Assembly: GCF_000315625.1 (NCBI RefSeq)
Contig: NW_005434580.1
Span: 53,170 to 117,099, forward strand
Reading direction: 5' to 3'
From: Guillardia theta CCMP2712
Taxonomy: Eukaryota; Protista; Cryptophyta
Length of the DNA stretch: 63,930 nucleotides
Shown here in pieces: positions 15,551 through 25,420 of this stretch. Numbering within the stretch: the first letter of the stretch is position 1; each line of letters opens with the position of its first letter. A program made the position numbers and the translations under genes. The notes beneath the pieces are model-generated. The model made no database searches. It was given only the letters and a program-made list of their open reading frames with translations, and was not told the DNA's origin.

Positions 15551-18023
15551 CTATCCCCTTCCCACCTTCTGTACGCGCAGCGAGACCCCTGGCATGAGCT
15601 TCTTGGGACGCACGTCCTGATCGAAGATGCGGATGGGCTGCCATGACGTTGTTATGAGTATAGGAGGAGGAGGAGGAGGAGGAGGAGGAGGGAGGAGGGA
15701 GGAGGAGGAGGGAGGAGGGANNNNNNNNNNNNNNNNNNNNNNNNNNNNNNNNNNNNNNNNNNNNNNNNNNNNNNNNNNNNNNNNNNNNNNNNNNNNNNNN
15801 NNNNNNNNNNNNNNNNNNNNGTCCGTAATAAAGAAGGAGGAGGAGGAGGAGGAGAGGGTAACGAAAGGGTGGAGGGAGAGGATCAAGAGCATCTCACAAT
15901 TGCCAGCGTTGCCACTGCGTTCGGTACGTCGACTATGCCCGAGATTCTGCCCTCAGCTGGGGCGCAGGAGAGGAGCAGGTAGACCTGGGGCATCGGTCAG
16001 GAGGAGGAGTTCAAGTTTATGTATCAACACCTGCTCCTTTGAGTACCCGAACTTTGAAAGGTAGTCGATGGCGTTCAGAACGGCGCGCTTGTAGGCGACG
16101 GAGGCGTCGAGAAAATGCTGCAGGTCAAAGATGGCGTGAGAGACGGGAAGATAGGGAGAGAAAGAGCAAAGGAAAACAAGAGATACGGGAGGGAGAAAGG
16201 GGGCAGAGCAGAGCAAGGGACGAAGAAAGGAAGGTGGGTGAAAGGTACGGAAGCTGTAGGGGAGGGACAGGAGGGTGAAAGGAGAGCGGGAGGAAGGTGA
16301 GATGTAGGGGAGAAAAAGGAGAGGGAGAGGAGAGGGAGGGGAGGAAGAGGAGGGGGGGGTCAGGGGGATGGTTAGAGGGTAAGAGGAAGGTGTGATGTAG
16401 GAAGAGGAGGAAGAGGAGAGGGATTTCAGGGGACTTTGCAGGTCGACCTGCTTTCCGGACTCATCGACCGAAATGCCTTCAAAGACGAGCCACTCGGAGA
16501 AACGAGGCTCGCACGGGCCGATCTCGAAGATCGGGTTCACGTGAAGCTTCGTTGGCCCCATGGGGGTCATGTACCTTCGAGAGCGAGCGTGTCAAGCACA
16601 GCGAGTAGCGAGGACGGAGAACTCGCTGACTCTGCTCTCCCTCCCTCCCTTCCTTTTGCTCTGAAGTCTCGCTCTCCCTCCGTCCGCCCCTCCTCCGTCC
16701 GTCCCTCGCTCCCCTCGTTCCCTCGCCCCCTCCCCTCGCTCCGAAGCTCCGTCTCGCCCTTGCTCCCTCCATCCCTCAGTCCTCTCCTCGCTCCCTTGCT
16801 CCCTCGCCCACTCTGGCTCTCCCTCCCTTTCGCTGTCGTTGGCTTCCTCGCTCCTTATCCCCTCTCCTTCAGCTCCTTCTCTCTTGCCCTCTAACTTGGC
16901 TCCACTCACATTTCCATCCCGTTGCGGATGATCTCGGTCTTGAGAACAAGGAAGCCGCTCATCTCGATAGCTCCGCAGAACGAAACCTCTCCATCCCCCT
17001 GCCAGCCTCTTCAGCCGCCGCACCCTCTCACACTCTGCTGGTCACCTGAGAGAAGTGCATGTCTCCCATAGACAAGTTCGCTCCCTCCACGAAGACAGGG
17101 AAGTAAACCTTGCACCCTCTAGAAAGGTTCTTAATGTCGCAGTTGCCTCCGTTCTCCCGTCCGGGAACTGTTCGGGCTGCTTCACTTGCCATCTTCTCCC
17201 ACTGCGGGCTCCCCTTGGGCACCCCTCCCAGCAACGCTCCTTTCGGCTCGGGCAAGCACGCGAGGGGCCTCGTGTGAAGGCATCCGCAGAGGGTAGTACT
17301 CTTCTCGCCTCCTTCCACCAGCTTCTTCTCCCTCTCGTTCCAGATCGCTAGGAGCTCATGGGACGGGGCAGTCCCGATGAGCCCGGGGTGGATAAGGCCT
17401 GGGAAGCGGACACCGGGGATGTGGCGGCTATGCGCGAACATCCCATCGAAGTTCCAGATCGCCTTGGCTGCCGCTGGGAAGTGATCAGTCAAGAACCCGC
17501 CGCCATTGTCTCGGTCAAAGATGCCGGTGAAGCCCCACTCGTCTCCGGGCAGAGGTCCGAGCTAGGATGACAGTCAGGGGCAGCGCAAGGGAGGAAGGGA
17601 CGACGTGCACGTCCTACCTCCACGATCTCCACGACCAGGATGTCCCCTGGCATAGCTGCCTTGGCATCAGCGTCTTCGATTCGGAAGGGTCCTGACAGGT
17701 AGTGAACTTGATTGAGATCGACATGCTTGATGTCGTCAGACGAGTCGTCGTCTTTGATCTGCCCACCTGCCAGTCCGACAAGTCACCACCAAGGACATGC
17801 TTCTCTCAGCACGAGCGAGGATACCTGTCCAGTCTATCGTTTCAACTCGGAAGAGCTGCCCTTCTCGGATGGTTGCAACAGGAGGAATGTCGGGATGCCA
17901 TCTGTTGTGCAGTGGTGGGCTCTGCTCCCATGCCTTCTTTGAGACGTCAACCTTCGAAGCTTGCAATGGAGTGCTTGGAGGCATCTGAAATCGAATCAGC
18001 AGCGTCACTCTTACTTGTACCAT
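15551..18023 (-). CDS. fmdA: Formamidase (acetamidase/formamidase FmdA/AmdA family)
   Basis: LHNRWHPDIPPVA, FRVETIDWTGGQI, VHYLSGP, EWGFTGIF, NGGGFLTDHFP, HPGLIGTAPS, RTVPGRENGGNCDIKNLSRG, LSMGDMHFSQGDGEVSFCGAIEMSG, SEWLVFEGISVDE and EGRISGIVDVPNA. One intron contains an N gap. Confidence 0.95.
15721..15820. other. Assembly gap (N run)
   Basis: 100 N inside a purine tract. Other gaps at 23299-23398, 42004-42133 and 58731-58830. Confidence 1.
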
Positions 18024-18517
18024 GGCAGCGAGTCTGAATCATCTTTTTATGTGCTTCATTTAGACTGTCAATTCTCAAGCTTGAAGCTCCCTCTTTCCCA
18101 CTCCGTTTGAAAATCTAGTCCCAGTTTGCGTCTTACAACTATGATATTTACCTTCCTTGGTTCTCAAGATAGATTGGTTCAGAGGTGTTCTTTATCACTT
18201 TGCCTTCTTCCTACATTGCTACATCTCATACACTTCTGCCATGTCTCGCCTTCTAGCTTCGCACTTTCTGTTCCCTCCAGCCCCTTGCGCTACACCGCTG
18301 ACATGGAATCCGGGCACCCTTGCAAGGCAAGGCCAAACGCTGCGATTTTGGAGCCTTTCGGGTCCTCTGACTCCGGTTGCAACCTTTTCCGACAGATACT
18401 TCAGTGCCGCCCGGCCCGGCCGCCTTGGGCCGATTGGGCCCGGGGCCCGGGCCGGCCCAGACCAGACCGTGTCGGAGTCCGGCCGGCCCGGCGGGCCGCG
18501 CCGTAGTACTCTCCTGA

Positions 18518-18555
18518 TTGTCCTCGTACTGATCTTTAACTTAACTTTGAGTAAA
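18518..18555 (+). repeat. 38 bp dispersed element, copy 1
   Basis: TTGTCCTCGTACTGATCTTTAACTTAACTTTGAGTAAA is the exact reverse complement of 47238-47275. Confidence 0.95.
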
Positions 18556-20131
18556 CTTTTGCCACCGGAAGTGGCTCTTCAGAGCAAATCTGAGGCGGTG
18601 GCGAATTCCTGAAAGTTGACTAATGATGAAAGGTACCTATGTCGAAAGGCCGGGCCGCTGGAGAAGCCTGACGGCTCTGCCGATCGTGATGATGACCGGG
18701 CACTTGAAGACCCGAGTGCGCCTCAGGTGATCAATTTTAATGTTGATTGTGTGACGCATTGACGTTAAACCATGCTTTTTAACGTTAAACATCCACTTGG
18801 ACGTTAAAAAGTGTCACGTCCAGATCTTGTTGGGCCGCTGTAGCGTCGGTTCGGAGGTAGGCGAGATGAGCCTTAAATTAGCTAGATTTGCCTAAATTAA
18901 CTGATATGAAACTTAAATCTCAACGGTTTTAATTTGGAAGCCGCAGTTAACGCACGGTCTCCAAGGAACAAAAAATTGTGCTCACGGCCTGATTTGAAAT
19001 TGGATAAAATTGTTCAACATCGTGGTCTTATATCGAAACCTTGAGCATACGATTTCAAAATTTATTTTCAGGGGTTAAAGGGGGCTCATCTCTTGCGCCC
19101 CTAGAAGCACGGACAAAGATGGAAGGTTCTCGCTAGCGAGGGTTACCACCGGTCATTGTATGCAGATATTCATGGGATCGTGGGGGTTCACTTCGAAAGG
19201 GGTCCTTGTTCGAAAGGCTATCACTTGTTGATTAAGTCAACTCGCAACTGCTGACAGACTTCTTCCCCCTCAGCAAAAACCCCATCGTTTGAACGACCAG
19301 GGATTCGAACATACATTTGTTGGATTCATGTATAACTTATATTACTACATGGCGGCTGCTCGGACACAACATCCGTGCACCACCATTTTTACTTCACCCC
19401 CTACATTGTTCTTGAAACATACCATAACCCCAAAATGCTCTATCAAAGTACCCGGTAGATAGTCAACCAAATCATACCCTACCCTGATGTTTTGCAGGTA
19501 ACGTGACATCATTGGCCTCCAGCTGAAAATGCAAGATTTAGCAGTTTCACTCCTAAATTACTACTGATATTAAATTGGTACCACCATACCTTCTAGACCC
19601 CATGAGGACAACGATTGGTTTTCAAGATTTTGATGGGGTACTTGAGGGTCATATCATCATGCTTCAGAGAAAAGGTAGGGTATTCAAACCTAATAATGGG
19701 GGTGAAGACGAAGGAGGTAGAATCAAATCGTAGGGTGGGTCACATGTCCCAGTGAAGTGGTTGGTAGCTAGGGTTTGTCTGTTTGGTTCTGTTTGATCCA
19801 GAGGGTGGGTACAGGAATGGTTCGTGGGGTCTACCAGTACGGGTTATTCTTCCAGTAAAATAGGCTGGAGATGACGGGTGATAAATGTCCCAGTTTTTAC
19901 AAAGATGGGGTGGAGGAGGAAGAGGGTGGTGTATTGGTGAGCTAAAAGGGGGTAGGGGTGGGGGAGGAGAATATATCTAAGGGTTGGGTTGACGGAACGA
20001 CAGAAGAGGACAGCGAAAGGAAATTGGAACGTAGTTCAGCACAAGGACAAGAACAGTGAACGGTGTGAACAGTTAAAGATTGCTGTTTTGAGGGAGCAAA
20101 CAAAGGAACATATTCACCGACAACATTTACT

Positions 20132-20827
20132 ATGTGTGAGATGAGGGCGAAAACTGTAGAGCATATCCATCCTGGCTCCAAGCATGCGCGGAGACAGAGC
20201 GTGGAGGAGGTTGTGGAGAGCATGCCTTTGGGCCTGCTCGCTCAAAAGGGACGCGTATTGTTGGAACCGGTTGAACCATTCTTTATTACTAGCGTCGATG
20301 GCCCTGCCACTGCATTGCTTGGCAAGAGCTCGTCGAGGATTACTGGAAGGATGCTGAGGTCTATTGATTCTTGCGTGGGAGGAAACAAGAGCCTCTGCGC
20401 GGCAGCTCGTACGGCACTGCATGAGAACAAGAGAGTGTTTCTCACTCTCCCCCGCCCTGTTGGCAATGGGATCCTGATCTTGGCCTTCCAATCGAAGCCA
20501 ACGACCACCGGAGTGGATCGTATCGAGCTGCTCATCTTCCCCACCCAGGAAGGGCTCGATTTGGAGATCAAGGATCCTCTCGTTGAGAGCATGCGGGTTC
20601 CTAGCGCGCACACCGCACTGGAGGTCAAGATCTCATCCAACTCAGGAAGGGACAGTCCTGACAAGGACTTGGAGATCTCCGATGAGGAGATGCAGGATTC
20701 CCAGAGCGGAGACGATGAGCTGTTCGACTACAACATCGACGTCAAGACAACCCCAAGGCACAAGATTGCTGATTTTGAGGTTGAGAATTTTGATCTGAGC
20801 AACACCCTCAGTGCTCTTCGCTTGTAA
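20132..20827 (+). CDS. Intronless protein with degenerate PAS-like domain and acidic C-terminus
   Basis: 231 aa ORF. VLLEPVEPFFITSVDGPATALLGKSSSRITGRMLRSI follows the PAS N-terminal pattern (P-F-x-I-x-x-V-N...LLG-x-S...I-x-GR-x-L). Confidence 0.6.
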   Translation: MCEMRAKTVEHIHPGSKHARRQSVEEVVESMPLGLLAQKGRVLLEPVEPFFITSVDGPATALLGKSSSRITGRMLRSIDSCVGGNKSLCAAARTALHENKRVFLTLPRPVGNGILILAFQSKPTTTGVDRIELLIFPTQEGLDLEIKDPLVESMRVPSAHTALEVKISSNSGRDSPDKDLEISDEEMQDSQSGDDELFDYNIDVKTTPRHKIADFEVENFDLSNTLSALRL

Positions 20828-21236
20828 ACTGTAAACTAGTTTCTATTCGTTCCAATAAACTGATTGGATCACACTGCTCTGGAATGATTTGTTGATTTAT
20901 TACTTGCGAAACTGCATGTAGGATGTTGAAGACTGTACTAAACAGTTAATCTCCTCAATGTCTTCTAATTGCCTTCATTGTATAACACAGTCTGGCATCC
21001 GCAACAGAGAACTGTACTGAATTCTACAGAAGCATCAGAAACAGGAAAGATACTTTCAAACCTTACATGCGGAATCGCCGCAGCTCCTGCCATTCTTCCA
21101 TGGTGATCGCGTTGTTCTGAGATGTGAGATATCATAAAAGTTGTCTGATTGGTCGTCACGATCATGATGTCATTGCATCATCATCATCATCATCATCATC
21201 TCCATCATCATCATCATCATCTCCATTATCATCATC

Positions 21237-23770
21237 TCATTCATCATCAGTTTTGTTGCGCACCAAAATGAATGAGTTGTTACGGTGGAGGTTGAGAACG
21301 CCCGGAATTTCAAACTTGTTGCAAATTGAGTTCTTAGTCTTGAGAGATGAACGAGTTACCTTGCAGACAGGACAAGAAGCATTCCTATGAAACCATTCGC
21401 GGATGCAGTGGAAATGAAAGAGATGTCTGCCGCAAACAACAGGAAGCAAGTCCAGCATGAGAATGGCGAGCAAGGCAGGTTCACACAGAATTCACCTGCA
21501 AGGCAGGGAGACAGCGTTTCCATCCTCGAATTTGAGGTTCTCGTAACAAATTATGCAGCTGAAATCCTCCTCCTGCTCTATCGTCATCTCTTATCCTCCT
21601 TCCTCCCCTCCTCCCCTCCTCGCTCCCCCCACACTACCTCCCCCAAACAAACACGCACGCACACACCGCTGCGCCCGATCCTCCATCATTCTCTCCCCTT
21701 CCATCGCTCGATCCCCCTCCACTTGCTCCCTCCCTTTCTCGTTCCGTCTCTCTCTTCACCTGCCCTTCTCCATCCTCCGGCCTCTCGCTGCTGGGAATCT
21801 CCGACAAGGTGGTGGAGGGAGAGGGGAGGGAAGGAGATGCCCTTCGCGCTCCTCCGAAGAATCCCCGAGGTGGTCTCTCATACCACTTCATGAGAACGCC
21901 TCCTCCTCGTACGAGGTCGACAGGCTGGAGGTGGAGGAGCCTGGAGCAGGAACGATGAGTGGAGAGGAGAGGAGGAGGAAGAGAAGGCAAGGGACCCGTC
22001 TTCGAGAGGATGTTGAGTGGCCTTGATGATCCCCAAGGAGATCTGGAGTGAGGAGGACAGGAGGAGGATGTATAAGTGAGGAAGAAGGTAGATAAAGATA
22101 TGAGGAGGAGACAGGGAGAAAAGAGAAGACAGAGTTAGAAAGGTAAGCCTTGCGGTGACATCCTCCTCCTCTTCACCTTTGTGCCGAACGGACCAAGAAA
22201 GCAGTTGCGAAGCCTACAAGATGACGTTAAAGGAAAGTTTGAGAGCAAGAAGGGGAGGGAAGGAAAACGGTTCGTTGGTTGAACAAGTTCGAGAAAAGAC
22301 TGAGAGCAGGACGGGGAGCAAGACCAGACGAAGAAGGAGAAGGAGAAGGAAAAGAAAAAGGAGAAGGAGAAGGAGAAGATGGAGGAAGAGAAGGAGAGGG
22401 TGGGGGAGAAGAAAAGGAGGAGGAGGAGAAGGAGGAGAAGGAGGAGAAGGAGGAGGAGAGGAAGAGGGAGAGGGAGAAAGAGAAGGTGGAGGAGAAGAAA
22501 AAGGAGAAGAAGGAGAAGAAAAAGGAGGAGGCGAGGGAGAAGGAGAAGGGGAAGGTGGAGGAGGAGAGAGGATGGAGGATCGCGTTCTCAACCTTGTCGA
22601 CGTCCACCCGATGATTCTCTCATTATTTACACTAACAACAACATCCCCAACCTGCGGCTTTCATGCTCAAGAACCCTCTGCATCCCAACCCATCTCTCCA
22701 ACTTTCCTCTCTTCTTCTCACGCTGGAACTCATCCTTCTCTCCTTCACTTTGACTCACGCATGAAGCAAGTGTACTCGCCTATCTCCCTCTCTCTCCCCT
22801 CCCCTCTGTCCCCTTCAGCTTCTCTTACCCCGATCTCGCCACTCTGTGCAGCTGCTCCTCCAGGAACAAGCATCTGAACGACTCCTCCCTGATGCAAGAT
22901 GTTCCTCACCAACGGCAACAGCAGGTAGACAAAGATGAAAGAGGCTGCAAGAGGGGAGGAATGACAAAGAGCAGGAGCGAGAGGGCGGCAGGAGCCCGGA
23001 GCAGAAGACAGGAGGCAAGCAGACCTGAGGGCAGGGATCGAGTCCTAGGCCGATTCCAAAAAGAGGAACAACAGACCGCTGACCCGTCACCTGCAGGGAA
23101 GCATCAACAAGAAAGGAATACTAGCACACAAGTGTGGAGTGGAGGATGGGAGAAAAACGGAATGGGAGAAGGGTAGAGAGGGAGGGAGGGAGGGAGGGAG
23201 GGAGGGAGGGAGGGAGGGAGAGGAGGGAGAGAGGGAGGGAGGGAGGGAGGAGGGAGGGAGGGGAGGGAGGGAGGAAACGGACGAAACGGAAAAAGGGGNN
23301 NNNNNNNNNNNNNNNNNNNNNNNNNNNNNNNNNNNNNNNNNNNNNNNNNNNNNNNNNNNNNNNNNNNNNNNNNNNNNNNNNNNNNNNNNNNNNNNNNNGA
23401 GGAGGGAGGGAGAGGAGGGAGGGAGGGGAGGGAGGGAGAGAGGGAGAGAGGGAGGGAGGGAGGGAGGGAGGGAGAGCAGGGAGAGAGAAACGACAACGAA
23501 AAGGGAGTGCAGTAGAGCAAGAGGGAGAGAGGGAGGGGAGGGAGAGGACACTTACATGCGAGAGCTGGATCCTCTCAAGGATGACTTCGATGAGGTACGC
23601 TTGGTCGGTCTGCGACTCCTCGATCAAATCTCCATCCTCGTTGTAGGTTTGCATCCATTCATCGTAACGCAGCAGCGTGAGGTTGACCTGGTGGTGAGCT
23701 CAGGTGACAAGCGTGGATAGCAGCCAGTAAGCCCTCCCTCGTCCTCCTCATCCTCATCCTCTTCCTCTTC

Positions 23771-23812
<42 letters not shown>

Positions 23813-24253
23813 CCCTCTCCTGCTCCTCTCCTCCTCTGCCCTTCTGTCCATCCGCCCCTGCCCATCTCTCTCCTCCTTCACCTCTTCCTCTCCCTCACCT
23901 GCGTTCCAATCTCTCCTGTTATCAGCGAGGCAGCAAACTCCATGCTCCTGCCAAGAAGAGGCTCCCCGTCGATCGCCATTATGAAATCCCCGATCTGTCA
24001 CCTCCAAATCAACCGCTACCCTCCATCCTTCTCTCCTCACCTGCACTTGCCCGCTCATGGCAGCACTGCCGTTAGGAACAAGGTCACGGACGAAGAAGCT
24101 TCCGTCCGACCTCCTCGTCAGATGCACCCCCACACCTTTAGAGAGAGGAAGTGAGCTGGAAACCAGCTTCTTCATCCCAGAGCAAGAGCCTTGCTTCTCA
24201 CCTGTCCTTCCCGACATCGACTCTTCGACGTCCGAGCTCGCGCTTCTAGACAT
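21237..24253 (-). CDS. PDZ-PDZ-RING-H2 protein (putative E3 ubiquitin ligase)
   Basis: PDZ1: GVGVHLTRRSDGSFFVRDLVPNGSAAMSGQVQ|IGDFIMAIDGEPLLGRSMEFAASLITGEIGTQ|VNLTL. PDZ2: FGIGLGL...GGVVQMLVPGGAAAQSGEIG|VGDVVVSVNNERIIGWTSTR|LRNCFLGPFGTK|ISLGII. RING-H2: CIICYENL...LPCR|HLFHFHCIREWFHRNASCPVCK. Exon phases are compatible throughout. Confidence 0.82.
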
Positions 24254-25420
24254 AGAGGCAGACTAGGAGGGAGCACGGGAGGACGACAGGAAGGGGTGGA
24301 GAAAGAGACCCAGGGCGAGCCGTGCGAGGGAATGCGGCAAACTATCGGGTGTCAAGGAACCAAGGCTGCAGGATGTGTCAGAGTCCGACAAAGTCAGAGC
24401 TTGCAAGTACATGACATGCTGTTGTATTCCACGGAGAGCAGGTGGGTGCTATCAAACAGAAGTTAGCTCCAATCCATGGGCTACATAACTACCATTCGCT
24501 TCAGGGTGCTGAACGAATGCTATACACTGATACATCCACATCCTATTCATCTCTACACTTTCATGCGAATCATAGTTTCACACACATCCATGGCGGATTT
24601 CAAGTTAATCTGATCTCCTTCCCTCCATCCTCCCCTCCATCCTCCCCTGGCAATAACCTGAAGAGTACCAGCTGTATCACCTCTCCTCTCCCTCCATCTT
24701 TGTCAGGCTTCCTCCCCCCTCTCTCTCCCTGTTCCCTTCTCCCTGCCCTCCTTGTTCTGTCTCCCCTCCTCTCTCTCTCCTCTCTCTCCCTCCTCCCTCT
24801 CCTCTCCCTCCCCATCCATGCACGCTCTCTCCCTCCCTCCCTGCATGCTTGTGGCTCCCCACTACAAATCACTGACCTTCCCGACCAAGTCTCAACCCTA
24901 CCCACCCCCAAGTTCACATTTAAAATTAGACCCACGTTTTTCCCTCACAGTACCCACCAATAGGTACTCAATGTGTTCATTTGACCACCCCTACCCCTCA
25001 TATGTCAGACTGTCAAATTCTGGGGGTTGGGAATGGCAGGAGGGCGCGTATCGGGTGAGGAGAGCGCAGGGAGGGGAGGGGAGGAGAGGAGAGGAGAGGA
25101 GCAGTAGAGGAGCAGTAGAGGGAGAGGAGCAGAGCAGTAGAGGGAACAGATCAGAACAGTAGAGAGCAGAGCAGAGTAGAGTGAAGCAGATTGGAGAATC
25201 GCGGAACGAGGGAGAATGAGACGGAAACACAGGAGATGAGGATGAGGAGGAGAGTGACAGGGAACTTTGTATTGGCAGCTGCCCAGGCATTGCAGGAGTA
25301 CCCAGTAAACGATAGCTGCAACGGGGAAGGAAAGAGGGAGCGAGTAAGGAGAGGAGGGAACTAGTAAGGAGAGGGGGGGGTGGGAGGCTGCGGCAACAGC
25401 GGAGCGTCATCTTTGCAAGG

